A stretch of DNA of 63,091 nt, counting the filler. It is 7 parts of 7 records of this genome, joined end to end, with 100 filler letters (N's around TTAATTAATTAA, not from the genome) between each part and the next. Parts side by side here need not be neighbours in the genome. Positions count along the whole stretch, not along the records: positions 20,757 to 26,483 come from SRR20825014_20; positions 26,584 to 37,992 come from SRR20825014_24; 5 more parts are not named here. One strand, written 5' to 3'. The position numbers and the translations under genes are program-made. This document shows, piece after piece, positions 20,757 to 32,700 of this stretch (within the stretch, counting starts at the first letter, position 1; each line of letters opens with the position of its first letter). The notes beneath the pieces are model-generated. The model did not search any database, had not been told where the DNA came from, and was given only the letters and a program-made list of their open reading frames with translations.

Positions 20757-20901
20757 TGGACTTGCCGCAACCCGAGGGGCCGACAACAGCGACGAATTCG
20801 CCGCGTTGGATTTTGAGATTGAGCCCGCTCACCGCCAGCGTGCCATCGGGCCCGCCATAGCGCATGTCGACATTTTCGATTGAAACCAGGGGCGAAGCCA
20901 T
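20757..20901 (-). CDS. ABC transporter ATP-binding protein (TauB/SsuB-like), 3'-truncated
   Basis: [15 protein letters not shown] Walker A. Confidence 0.88.
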
Positions 20902-21018
20902 CGGCGTCTCCAGTCAAGGCAGAACAGGACCGCCCCGAGACCATTCCCGTTCCCTCGGAAGAATGGCTCGGGGCGGATGACCCGGGCGTCCCTTATCGCC
21001 CGGGAATGCAAGCCGCCA

Positions 21019-22050
21019 TCAAGGCAGCATGCGCTCCTCTGCCGGGGGCAGATACTGCGCATCGAAGATGTCGGCGGCAGTCACATTGCCCTGCAGGCCC
21101 ATGGAGATCTTGAGCGTTTCGATGGACGCAGCCAGGCGCGCCTCGTCGATACCGCCAAAGCCGTTCTCGACCACGTACGGGGTCTTGATGTTCATCTCAT
21201 TGGCCATGATCAGGCGCTCGGTTTCGGTGTCGATATTGAGCGTCTCATTGCGCATCAGGACGGCCGCAGCACCGGCGGCCGGATCAGCCACGGCATCGGC
21301 AAAGCCCTTGGCCAGTGCACGGAGGAACCCCTTGACCGCCTCCGGATTTTCTTCGGCGAAGGCCTCGTTGACCATGATGGCATTGCCATAAAGATTTAGG
21401 CCGTGATCGGCAAAGAGCAGCGGGACGATATCGTCTTCCGGCACGCCATTGGCCTTGAGGTTGAGGATCACCGAGAAGGCGAACCCAAACACGCCATCCA
21501 CATCGCCGGAGGCCAGCATTGGCTCGCGCACCGGGAACCCGATGGATTCAAGGGTAATAGCGCTATCGTCGATCCCGGCCACTTCCTTGAAGGCAGGCCA
21601 TTGGGCAAAGGCGCCATCCGGCGGCGGTGCGCCCAGCTTCTTGCCTTCCAAGGACTTGGGATCCTCGGTGATGCCGAGCGACCTGCGGCCGACAACCGAG
21701 AACACCGGCTTGTCATAGACCATCATCACGGCCTTGACCGGCTGGGACGGGTCTTCGTCAAGGAACTTGATCAGCGAATTGATATCGCCAAAGCCCAGCT
21801 GATAGGCGCCGGTGGCGACACGCGGAATGGCCTCGACCGATCCATTGCCGATATCGATGGTGACGTTGAGCCCTTCATCGGCGAAGTAACCATTGTCCTG
21901 AGCCAGGAGGAAGCCGGCAGCGGGGCCCTCGAAGCGCCAGTCAAGGGTGAGCTTGATGTCGGTCTGCGCCAGGGCAGGCAGGGCCAGGCCGGAAACGGAC
22001 AGGCCCGTTGCCAGAGCCAGAGCTGCGGTAAAGTGGCGGCGAGAAAGCAT
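21019..22050 (-). CDS. ABC transporter substrate-binding protein, NMT1/THI5/TauA-like
   Basis: Signal peptide (SRR.F); LDW.FEG, GYF.DEGL.V; adjacent to the ATPase gene. Confidence 0.88.
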   Translation of the reverse strand: MLSRRHFTAALALATGLSVSGLALPALAQTDIKLTLDWRFEGPAAGFLLAQDNGYFADEGLNVTIDIGNGSVEAIPRVATGAYQLGFGDINSLIKFLDEDPSQPVKAVMMVYDKPVFSVVGRRSLGITEDPKSLEGKKLGAPPPDGAFAQWPAFKEVAGIDDSAITLESIGFPVREPMLASGDVDGVFGFAFSVILNLKANGVPEDDIVPLLFADHGLNLYGNAIMVNEAFAEENPEAVKGFLRALAKGFADAVADPAAGAAAVLMRNETLNIDTETERLIMANEMNIKTPYVVENGFGGIDEARLAASIETLKISMGLQGNVTAADIFDAQYLPPAEERMLP

Positions 22051-22191
22051 GATGTTGACGTCCCCATTTTTGTTATGGGGAGAAATCAAGCGCAGCCACT
22101 GCCCGGGCGCAAGTATTTTCTGATTATTTTGGCATCAGACAGCATTGCTGCCCAATTTCTCAGCAACCTGCTGCCTCTTTCTCGTTCAGAC

Positions 22192-22656
22192 TCAGATCGG
22201 CAGCCCCGAGCGCGCCTTCACCCGTCGGATGCTCATATTGGAGTGGATGCGCGCCACCCCGGGGAGCCGCGCGCTCAACCGGCGATGGAGATGCTCGAAG
22301 TCCTCGTGGTCGCGGCAGATCACCCGCAGGATGTAGTCGGACTGTCCGGCCATAAGATGGCATTCGAGCACTTCGGGAATGTCCTGCACCGCAGCCTCGA
22401 AGGCATCGAGCGCCGCTTCGCTCTGGCTGGTCAGCCCCACCTCGATGAAGAACTGCATGGCAAATCCCAGAAGGCCGGCATCGAGCTCGGCGCGATAGCC
22501 TTGCACGAAACCTGCATCTTCCAGCGCCTTGATGCGCCGGTGGCAGGCCGAGGGCGACAAGCCAACCGTCTCTCCAAGAACCTGTACACTGCGATGGGAA
22601 TCGCGCTGCAGTTCACGCAATAATTTCCGGTCGGTTGCATCGGGCTGTAGGGGCAA
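22192..22656 (-). CDS. Lrp/AsnC family transcriptional regulator
   Basis: D..DR.LL..LQ.D HTH, VGLS.S.C.RRI..LE..G, ECH.MAG..DY; TTG start with GGAG. Confidence 0.9.
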   Translation of the reverse strand: MPLQPDATDRKLLRELQRDSHRSVQVLGETVGLSPSACHRRIKALEDAGFVQGYRAELDAGLLGFAMQFFIEVGLTSQSEAALDAFEAAVQDIPEVLECHLMAGQSDYILRVICRDHEDFEHLHRRLSARLPGVARIHSNMSIRRVKARSGLPI

Positions 22657-22838
22657 GGTGCGGTTCTCCGGCAGGACGAGCAATAATTCGACCATGTAAC
22701 CCACCACGTTGTCCTGACAAGGACTGCGCGGGTTATCCCCCGCCACACCCACAAATGGGCAGGAATCTGGTAAACAAATATTCTCGATTTTCGTCCGCTT
22801 TTTGTCCGCAATCCCGGGCCATTCCACTTGCGCGGCGC

Positions 22839-22991
22839 AAAAAAAACAGGGCGCGAAACCGAAGTTTCGCGCCCCTCCGGGGCGGCCAACAAAGGAGCGT
22901 CAACCTCTGCGGCCGACCGCCGATCGGATGGTGGAGGCTCTGTTGGCGTTCCACCATAGATTGGTCCGGATTGATCTGCGTCCGGTTCGCT
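22839..22991 (-). ncRNA. Candidate sRNA of about 150 nt with three hairpins ending in an intrinsic terminator
   Basis: Upstream GGAAC-N16-CGTT promoter; stems atggtgga/tccaccat and ggcggtcggc/gttggccgcc with CUCCUUU inside; terminator gggcgcgaaac-ttcg-gtttcgcgccc-tg-T8. Confidence 0.6.
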
Positions 22992-22996
22992 TGCTC

Positions 22997-23021
22997 AACG
23001 ACCGGACGCGCAGGCGGTTCC
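22997..23021 (-). promoter_or_regulatory. sigma-EcfG (RpoE2/SigT) general-stress promoter
   Basis: GGAAC-cgcctgcgcgtccggt-CGTT matches the GGAAC-N16/17-CGTT consensus. Confidence 0.6.
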
Positions 23022-23068
23022 CGCCAAACGGGCTCACACTGCTTTTGTGATCGGAGAACGGCGCGCGG

Positions 23069-23998
23069 CTAAAGTTCGAAGGGCACTTGCAGGGACTGGA
23101 TCGCCTTGATGGCGGCCGAGGCACGGTTTTCCACGCCCAGCTTGGCATAGACCTGCTCGAGGTGCTTATTCACCGTGCGAGGGCTGAGGCCCAGAATATC
23201 GCCAATATCCTTGTTGGACTTGCCGCGTCCGATCCAGAGCAGCACTTCGCTTTCGCGTTGCGTCAGGCCGAATTGCTGGCGCAGGACCTCTTCCTGCCCC
23301 TCCTCCTGTGCGCGGGCGATGCGGAACAGATATTCGTCCCCGCCCACCACGCCCAGAAAGGCAAAGTGCAGGCCGGTGCCCTCGCCTGTCTTGAGGTCGA
23401 ACCCGCCCCCCGGCGTTGGCCGTTCACCTTCGGCCAGGCGCCAGTCGACAAAGCAACTGGACATGATGCGCTGGGTCCCCTGCTCGATCCCGGATCGCTC
23501 CAGCAGGCGATTGGCCTGTGGCGTCGACCACAGCACGGCACCCTCTGCTGCAAAGGCCACCAGATGCCGCCCCGCGGCATCGAGGGCGATACGGGCACTC
23601 TGCGCCCGCCGCGCATTGGCCAGATGTACCCGGATGCGCGCCCGCAACTCGTCCACATTGATCGGCTTGGAGAGATAATCCACGCCCCCGCTTTCCAGCG
23701 CATGCACCACATGCTCGGTCTCGGTCAGCCCGGTCATGAAGATGATCGGCACATGGACCAGTGGCGGCAGGGCCTTCATCCGCTGGCAGGTTTCAAAGCC
23801 GTCCAGCCCCGGCATCACCGCATCCATCAGCACTACATCGGGCGTTACGCGCTCAACGATCTTGAGCGCCGCCTCGCCGCTGCGGGCGACCAGCACGGTG
23901 ACGCCGGCCTGTTCGAGGGCCGTGGTCAGAAAGCCGAGCGACTCCGGCGAGTCGTCAACCAGAAGAACGATATCCTGCTCCTGCTCAATCCGGCTCAT
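23069..23998 (-). CDS. Response regulator (REC plus LuxR HTH)
   Basis: LVDD, D..MPG.DG, DY..KP; LT.RE.EVL..I..GKSN..I...L.LS.RTV.KH. Confidence 0.92.
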   Translation of the reverse strand: MSRIEQEQDIVLLVDDSPESLGFLTTALEQAGVTVLVARSGEAALKIVERVTPDVVLMDAVMPGLDGFETCQRMKALPPLVHVPIIFMTGLTETEHVVHALESGGVDYLSKPINVDELRARIRVHLANARRAQSARIALDAAGRHLVAFAAEGAVLWSTPQANRLLERSGIEQGTQRIMSSCFVDWRLAEGERPTPGGGFDLKTGEGTGLHFAFLGVVGGDEYLFRIARAQEEGQEEVLRQQFGLTQRESEVLLWIGRGKSNKDIGDILGLSPRTVNKHLEQVYAKLGVENRASAAIKAIQSLQVPFEL

Positions 23999-26483
23999 GA
24001 CCCACCCGCTCCAGCGTCTCGGCAAAACCGTCGAAATCAAAATTTTGCATATGCTGCCTTAGCGCCTCGACAAGTGGCAGATTGGCCGGATCGGCCGCCA
24101 GTTCGCCCAGCTTGTCATCAATGCCCCTGACATGGCCGATTTGACCGAGCGCAGCCAGGTCACGCAAGTGCTCTGCGCCCGGAGAACGCATTTGTCTGTC
24201 CCGTGGCGCGGGTTTGCCAGGCGCTTCATGGACCCAATCCAGCCCCAGATGCGTGCCCAGCCGGTCGACAAGCTGGTTGAGATCGAACGGCTTGGCCAGC
24301 GTATCGCTATGCCCGGCATCGGCACTGGTGGGATTGGCGCCATCCCCGATATTGGCCGAGAGCATGATCATCGGCGACACCACGCCCCGCGCGCGCATGG
24401 TCTGTACCAACTCCCAGCCGCTCATGCCCGGCATGCGGATGTCGACAAAGAACAGATCGGGCTGCGTCGTCTCGATGGCCGCAAGACAGGATTGACCATC
24501 GACCGCCACGAGAACCGTAAACCCGAGCGGCGCGAGCATTTCGTGCATCAATTGGCGGTGGTCGGCATTGTCGTCGACGACCATGATGGTGCGTCGCCTG
24601 CCCTGATAGCCAATGATCTGCTGCACCGGCGCCGTGCGCTTAGGCGGCCGCTCGACTTTGGACAGCATCAACCGGGCCTGGAAGCGCGTGCCCTCACCAA
24701 CGACGCTCGACACGGTGATCTCTCCGCCCAACGTCTCGGTCAACAGCTTGGTGATGGTAAGGCCCAACCCCAGCCCCGGCGTGAAGCGATTGCGCTCCGC
24801 CTCGCCGCGCACAAAGGGCTCGAAGACATGGTCGAGATCGGCCGGTGCGATGCCGCTGCCGCTATCTTCAACGGTGAAAGTGGCCACCTGCATGCGATAA
24901 CCGACGCTGAAGCTGACATGGCCCGAACTGGTGAACTTGATGGCGTTGGACAAGAGGTTGACCAGGATCTGCCGCAACCGCTTCTCATCCGTCCGCACAT
25001 AATCAGGCAGCGCGCGGGCGCGCTCATGGCGAAATTCCAGCCCCTTGGCCTCCGCCTGTAGGCGGAACATGTCGACGATCTGATCCAGGAAATCCTGGAT
25101 ATTGACCTCGCTGGTATAGACCTGCAGCCGCCCCGCCTCGATCTTGGAAATATCGAGCAGCCCGTCGATCAGTCCTGACAGATGCTCTGCGCTGCGGCGG
25201 ATGACCTGAGCCGAGCCGCGCCGGTTTTCCGGCAATTGGCCGTCGCGTTCGAGAATTTGCGCATAGCCCATCACCGCATTGAGCGGCGTGCGCAATTCGT
25301 GGCTGAGGCCCACCACATAGCGGCTCTTGGCCTGGTTGGCGGCCTCGGCCTTTTCCTTGGCGCGCTGCAATTCGGCGTCGGTCTTCGAGTGCGCGTCGAT
25401 TTCCTTTAGAAGCAGCGTGTTTTGGCGCGAGCTTTCCTCTTCGGCCACCAGGCGACTGTCATGCGCGAGCACCAGGAACCAGGTCATCACCCCCGCGGCC
25501 ACGGCAAAGACGAAAAACACCACAAGCAGTGTGCCACCTACGACGTCGGCCGTATTGGGCGCCGAGCCGATGGCGAAATAATAAATCAGCCCCAGAATGC
25601 CGCCCAGGATGGCCGTGGCAACGGCCATGGAAATACCGTAACGCCCCAGCCGGGTCTGCAGTTTGTCGATGGCCCATTGCGGCAGAATGCTGGCGGCCAC
25701 CGCATGGGTCTGCGCGCGGAAATGCGCATGTGGCTTGCACATGTCGTGGCAGCGCGCGTCGAGCGAACAGCACAGCGAGCAGATCGGCGCCGCATAGGCC
25801 GGGCACCAGGCCATATCCTCGGGCTCGAATGGATGCTCGCAGATCGAGCAGGTAAGGGTTTGCCGCGACTGCCATTGCTTGCGCGGTTTGCGGGCGAGGT
25901 AATATTTGCCCTTGGTTGCCCAGGCGATGGTGGGCGATGCGATGAGGCAAACAATGAGCGCGATATAGGGCGAGAGCGCCGAGGCCATCTCACCAAAGGC
26001 CCCGAAATGGGCGGTCAGCGCGATCACCACCGACAGCAACATCGAGCCGACGCCGACCGGATTGATGTCATAGAGATGGGCGCGCTTGAACTCGATGCCC
26101 GGCGGCGCCAGGCCCAGGGGCTTGTTGATGAACAGATCCGCCGAGATCGAGCAGAGCCAGGCCATGGCAATGATCGAGAAGATGCCCAGTGTCTCTTCGA
26201 GCAGCCGATAAATGCCCAGCTCCATCAAGAGGAGCGCAATGGCGACATTGAACAGCAGCCAGACCACGCGCCCAGGATGGCTGTGGGTCAGCCGCGAAAA
26301 GAAGTTCGACCAGGCGAGCGAGCCGGCATAAGCGTTCATGACGTTGATCTTGAGCTGGCTGACCACGACGAACACCGCCATCAGCATCAGCGCCACGAAC
26401 TCATTGGGGATCATGTAGCCAAAGGCGACGGCATACATATGGCCCGGCTCGGAGGCATGTTCGGGCGAAACGCCCACCGAGAG
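23985..26483 (-). CDS. Hybrid sensor histidine kinase with a transporter-like N-terminal membrane domain and a Cys-rich insert, 5'-truncated
   Basis: Multiple TM segments (SQLKINV.NAY.GSLAWSN), CSIC...C....ICSLCC...C...C, SHELRTPL, NL.SNAIKFT, GLGL, REC domain. Confidence 0.92.
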   Translation of the reverse strand, partial: LSVGVSPEHASEPGHMYAVAFGYMIPNEFVALMLMAVFVVVSQLKINVMNAYAGSLAWSNFFSRLTHSHPGRVVWLLFNVAIALLLMELGIYRLLEETLGIFSIIAMAWLCSISADLFINKPLGLAPPGIEFKRAHLYDINPVGVGSMLLSVVIALTAHFGAFGEMASALSPYIALIVCLIASPTIAWATKGKYYLARKPRKQWQSRQTLTCSICEHPFEPEDMAWCPAYAAPICSLCCSLDARCHDMCKPHAHFRAQTHAVAASILPQWAIDKLQTRLGRYGISMAVATAILGGILGLIYYFAIGSAPNTADVVGGTLLVVFFVFAVAAGVMTWFLVLAHDSRLVAEEESSRQNTLLLKEIDAHSKTDAELQRAKEKAEAANQAKSRYVVGLSHELRTPLNAVMGYAQILERDGQLPENRRGSAQVIRRSAEHLSGLIDGLLDISKIEAGRLQVYTSEVNIQDFLDQIVDMFRLQAEAKGLEFRHERARALPDYVRTDEKRLRQILVNLLSNAIKFTSSGHVSFSVGYRMQVATFTVEDSGSGIAPADLDHVFEPFVRGEAERNRFTPGLGLGLTITKLLTETLGGEITVSSVVGEGTRFQARLMLSKVERPPKRTAPVQQIIGYQGRRRTIMVVDDNADHRQLMHEMLAPLGFTVLVAVDGQSCLAAIETTQPDLFFVDIRMPGMSGWELVQTMRARGVVSPMIMLSANIGDGANPTSADAGHSDTLAKPFDLNQLVDRLGTHLGLDWVHEAPGKPAPRDRQMRSPGAEHLRDLAALGQIGHVRGIDDKLGELAADPANLPLVEALRQHMQNFDFDGFAETLERVGHEPD

Positions 26484-26589
26484 NNNNNNNNNNNNNNNNN
26501 NNNNNNNNNNNNNNNNNNNNNNNNNNNTTAATTAATTAANNNNNNNNNNNNNNNNNNNNNNNNNNNNNNNNNNNNNNNNNNNNGAGAAA

Positions 26590-26609
26590 TTTTCCCGACG
26601 GGAAGTTTC
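26590..26609 (+). repeat. Left terminal inverted repeat of the AT-rich contig
   Basis: ttttcccgacgggaagtttc is the exact reverse complement of 37973-37992. Confidence 0.92.
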
Positions 26610-26739
26610 ACGTATATCTTACGTACATAAATTTTATGCGTAACTTACAGAAGACATGCCGGAATATATTTACATTACATGTATATACACGTACATAGTA
26701 TGTAAGTAAATAATGTAACATCATACATCGTACGTTTGC

Positions 26740-29700
26740 GGGTATATACTTTATCGTTGTTGTGGTTTTGCATACATGCATAAATTACACCTACTCAGGA
26801 AAGGTGTACATGTATCATATATACACATTATAACCTACACTCTTTTATTAGTTTAATGTGTACTGTCTTATCAAGTATACTACCCCTGTGGGCACCTTTC
26901 CAAACATCCCCCTGTCAGCAATGAAGTATACTCCGCTTACGGTCAGACATGTAACATATTTCGGGGTGCTCCCACAGAAATGTACTTGACCACATCACCA
27001 CTACAAGGAATAACCGTAATGATATTTCTGACATGCACGGTATACTTATAAGTACTCGTGCATACCCTAGGAGTTTTGTTTTTACTTGTTGTGTGGTGTT
27101 AAGCACATCCTCCCGCACCGTTACATGGAAAGGTGTATGCACAGTAGGTATATAACACCTTACACGCGACATGTAATGCTGTGTTCCGCGCAAAACCCCG
27201 GTATGTGTAAAACGTAATATTATGTTGGAACACCTATTTTTTCTAATTGTAACGTACCGTGCCACATATGTATTAGTTACGTATAGCTAGTTTGTTGTTG
27301 TTGTACGTAGCTGATACAATTGCGGTAAATCCTGGAAAGGTGTACCTGGTAACAACCTACGCGGAGTGTGCTATAATAACATTACTGATAATATGTATAC
27401 TACACGTTCGTAATATTATGTGAACAACCATGTGAGTATGTTAGGTGTACGGTCGCGTGCAACATACTCATACCTATAGGAATACCCGGGTGTACTTACG
27501 TATCGTATTAACTTATAATTTTCATCCGTTGTTTTGTTTTGGTTTTGTGTATAATAATATCTGTGTCTCGGGAAAGGTGTGTATCATTACCGATGTATAT
27601 ATGTGTACCCTATTGTTACGAACCCCTGTACGCAGTAGATAAGATTACGTAATCCCGTCGGGTGGGGTGTAAGTAACTGCAGTTCTTTGCGAGATTGCGT
27701 GTATCGCCTCGTACGTACTGTATTATCTTTACTTGTGGCAAGTTATATAAAATTAAAAAACACCTTTCCGAGTAACACTTGTAACAAGCTTTTATAAAAC
27801 ACAACAAACTTAACAAAAAAATTTGTATGTGAATCATGTACAACTTGTATCCGCCTACAGTGCTTACACAGTAAATAACGGAATAACGGCCCGTGTATTA
27901 CAATACCTGTGGGATATTACGTTAAATTAAAATTAGACCTGGCTTATATTTCTGTAAGTTACGTCCGCTTACATGTATGTATGTACATATTTGTAGGTGC
28001 ACGCTATCAATCGATACGTATACTGGAGCGGTGTTTACACAATACGTTGTGGGTTTACCGGGGGCAGTACACTCGTATAATCACATACACAACTTCATCA
28101 TACGACCGCGTGTACGTGTACCGTTATATCACAGGTGCTACCGCGGAGTTGTATACGTAATACGTTAAACATTCATCATGTTTGTAATGCTGTGTTTTGT
28201 TTTGTATACGTATACCTACATGCTGCATTTTATAGGAAAGGTGAATACTTATACGAAATGTACTGATCCGCATATTGTGTTATATGTTGTTTATTAATTG
28301 GTAGGTTTTTTCTGCTGGTGGATAACATTTAACATAAGGAAAGGTGTGCATGTACGCAGTGCAATAACCCACGTAAGATGTAGTTTAGTTTGGCTTTGTA
28401 TAGTATTACTTTAAAAAAAACTAAACACGGAAAGGTGTGTACTACATGCGCACACTACACGGACATACGTAAAGGTATAATTCCAAGTACAAGTTGGATA
28501 CGTAACATACTACGTAACCGAAGTTACATATATTTCTGGGAGGGGTATACGAATCCGGATCTTATAAAAAATAAAACCCGCTAGTATTATCTGACAGTAC
28601 ACGGGTAGATTAAAACTACGTAGGCTAATCCCATCGTGTATTACGTAATGATAATATCCGCGTATAACAGCATACGTAATAATGGTACGCCCTAAATAGA
28701 TTACGTTCAGATAGGAACATCTACGTGAAACTACGTAGTAGACGTTACCGTGCATGTTACTGATACGTTGTTAGCTTAATACTATGTGTGTTTGTTTTCT
28801 CGCGGCAGCGCATTACACTATATTTAACATGTACATGCTGGAAAGGTGTAAACATGTCGTGAAGATGTATTTTAATATGCACTTTTAATACGTTAATAAC
28901 GTACCTGTACGTAAAGCGGGCGTATGTATGTCATGCACGGTACGTTGTCATTATTACATGTTGTGCACGATAGTGTACGTATATAATTACACCTACAACG
29001 TAGGGAAAGGTGCAGTTAATAACATTATATAATTTGTTACTACTCCGCGTGGTGGTTATGTGTTTCTGTATGTAGTGACTGCATGCACTCCCTGGCCTGA
29101 CATTGTGCACCCACTGGTAAAGGATGTACTTTCATAATTTTTGGTTGTTGCGTGTACTTGTGTAGTCATAAACGCTTTAGGAAAGGTGTACGTACATCCC
29201 CATATATGTATGTGGTTACACATCCGCGGAAGGAACCACCCATGTTTTGTAATGATAAGTACACACCTTTCCAATGCTCGCGGTCTACATCAGAAAACAT
29301 ATCCCATACACAAATACAAGTAACATTTCTCACAGTGCATGTGTTGTATTTTTGGCAAGGTTCGTGTATTACTATTTGTCATATAACAGACGTATGTCAT
29401 TACAAAATTTACGGGTATTCAACGTATTACAATGTAACAAGCATTAGTGACTTACCCCGTGTTGTAAGTATGCGTATCCTGTTTATACGTACGTGTAGCA
29501 GTAGTACACCTACACTACCTCAGGTATACTGGTGTTATATAAAGTACATTTTTTACGGGGAGAAGCTCCCTAATATAGTTAAGGACGTTATGTCTTACCC
29601 CGCATGTACATAATATACACGTAGACACCTTTCCATGTAGTACAGGTAAGGTTCGGATTACGTATCTCATACACAAATAATAAAATAAATTAATTTTTAA

Positions 29701-32700
29701 CGACTGTACGTAAAAGTAGTACACATTGTATACGTCGCAGGACTGTGTATAATCCACGACAAAACATTACGCGACATAATATTCGGGGATGGACAGACCT
29801 GGAGAAGGTATGCCATACCAGCACGTATTAAATACGCGAGATGTACTACGTTTACATGTCTATAGAACTATTACGTGCAGGTACTATCAAGACCATGTAC
29901 ACACCTTTCCACAACGGCCTGGTGTGCATGGTATATACACATCCCAAAATAATAATGTACTACGTAAAATATAGACACACATAATAACTGTATGTCGTAG
30001 GAACAACGCTAATCGTACACATTGTTTTTTCAAATCGGAGAACACCTATTACAAGAGAGGTTATATAATATATGCACCGTATACACAACACTGCACGGCA
30101 GGCGATTTCTTTCCGTGTAAGTTGTTGTTGTTGTTCTATAATTACGTGTGCGTATTAAGCTTTATTGGAAAGGTGTACCCGCGTACAAACGCTACCCCAG
30201 TATACATGTATACATGTTCCTTGTAATACTCAACCATAAATAATTATTTTTAATTTTTTGTGGGAAGGGACTAACCATATTACACTACCCGGAAAGGTGT
30301 ATGAGTGCGCTTATGGGATGTGACGGGATTCACCCCGTAAATACATTAAAATCGGATTTGTGTAATACACATATAATAAAATACCGGTATGCAGTATTTG
30401 TAAGTACGTGGTACATACACTTTTTTATGTTTTGTGGGTGTATACCAATAACACATGGTGTTAACGCTGATGCCGGAAAGGTACATACACGTATCGTAAT
30501 CTTGTATATGGCATAACCCACGAATGTGTAATAACATATACCTGTATGCGTACACTGCTACACCTTTCCGGTAAGTAAAAACATCCCCATCTAGTATACT
30601 GCTACGCAATAAAATAAACGTAAATCTATGTACCGCGCAGTACGATTAATTCTCCATCTGTAGGTAGCTGAGATCATGTTCTGCATGTTTTACATTTAAT
30701 ACTCCTCCGTGTACACGCATACCTGTGGGGGGGCACACCTGTCCAGGAAGACTTACTACTGGGTATAGCATCATCCCAACCACAAAAAGTAAATGAAGTA
30801 TCATAGTTTACACCTGGGTAACATGTTGTTATTCCGTGTAAGTGCATCACATAATACGTCCTTTTATTTACGTGGTATATGTATATATATATATACGAGT
30901 ACATTACACGGATACGCGTAAAATGAAAGTAGTATAATAATACTATTGCCCGATACGCTACACTGTTGCTATCCTTAAACAGGTTATTATTAATTTATTT
31001 TATTTATACTAGACATGTACTTTTTGGAATCCTACCCTGGAAAGGTGTTTTTTATATGTTCACTCTAAAATAGCAGACTGTGTGTAAGTATATATTGACA
31101 CAGTATATAACTATACTAACAGCACTACACGATCACCAACAAGGCGTGACGCCACGTAGTGAGGGTAAGATATATTACGTGTGCAACGTAAGGAAAAAGT
31201 AACTTACATCTTACAAAATACACGGATTATAATATACCTGTATGACAGAAAACACCTATTGTGTAACTTTTGTGTTTTGTTCGTTTTTATTGTTTTTTAA
31301 TATCACACTATAACCCGGGAAAGGTGTATTCACATCCGGTGTTGTATGCTACGATCGCAGTACATGTAAACCAATACGCACGTAGTATATGTAACAGCGT
31401 AGTGTTGTTGTTTATACGCGTGTAGCCTAGTGCACGGCCGGCATGTTGTTTCAGATGAAACGCCCCGGACGGACATATCGTAACCTTTAACTGGTAAGTG
31501 CATGTAGCAATACTTAAACTCTATACAGTAAGTATATGTACACTGTACAACCTATCAAGGGTTAATACATGGTCTGGGTAAGCAGGTTCATATTAACAGT
31601 GTATACCGAGATGTATTCTACACGTGATTTTGTTTTGTTGTTGTAATCATTGCTGACGTATTGGTACAGTGTCCTAGGAAAGGTGTAACGCGTGAGGATG
31701 CATCACCACAGATTACGTCCTACACGTGTATAGAATATAGCTGTAAAACTAACCCGTTCCCGTACGTGGTACAACCTTCATAACATAATGCCGTCAGGCG
31801 TGTAATATGTACATGGACATACATTTACTTTTTTGTTTGTTTTTGTATATGTAACCCCACTCAGTATTACATCCCACTGGAAAGGTGTTGTATCACTACA
31901 CAATACGTGTATACGTAGTTTTCGTGTTATAACCGTATCACCGTAACCCCTCGTAAAAACGTATATAAAATACATGTAAGTACACTTGGTTGTTTAGTCT
32001 TTCCGGAGAGTTACCTGTTGCGGTAAGGCCCTCCTGAGAAAAAAAAACACACCATGAACTGTATACATGTATGTTACACACGCTTACACAGTAACTGTAC
32101 AACCCACTCATAATCGTTTATGTACTGGTTTAATAACCACACCTTTCCTATACGCGGTAAACGTTGATATATCCTATACAAAACATAAACAAATAAAAGT
32201 TATAACAAACCTTAATGGTGAAGGCATGTTACCCTATACATGTGCACATGGTGACGTATATAAAACATAATGCTACATTACATGTATGGCACATCGGTAA
32301 AATCAGTTACAATGGTCGTACACGTGTACTTACACGTATATGTACATAGCATCGTGTATGGTTATGCATGTACGGGGATTAAAGTATACTACACGCATTA
32401 CGAGATTAATAAAATTAACATATACGTAAAGTTATATTTTCTTTTTTATTTTTTTGTGTGCGTGTAATATTAATGTAGTTTACCCCGGAAAGGTGTGTAC
32501 GTTGATGATGATACTGTGTACCTAGTATAACACCTTTCCGTGGGTATGTAGTAACTGTATTTACCATTAAACGTCAACTCACATGGATGAACCCCGTAAG
32601 CCTTATCCCGTGTATTTTCATACGTAGTAATATTTGTACATGGAATATATTTACCGTTACGGACGTAGTACGTGCACCACCGTATATATGTCCCCGGGTA

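Noticed and set aside
22733-22957. 74-aa ORF in the sRNA candidate region
   Set aside because: It has no RBS and runs through a strong terminator and U-tract; the RNA interpretation fits better.
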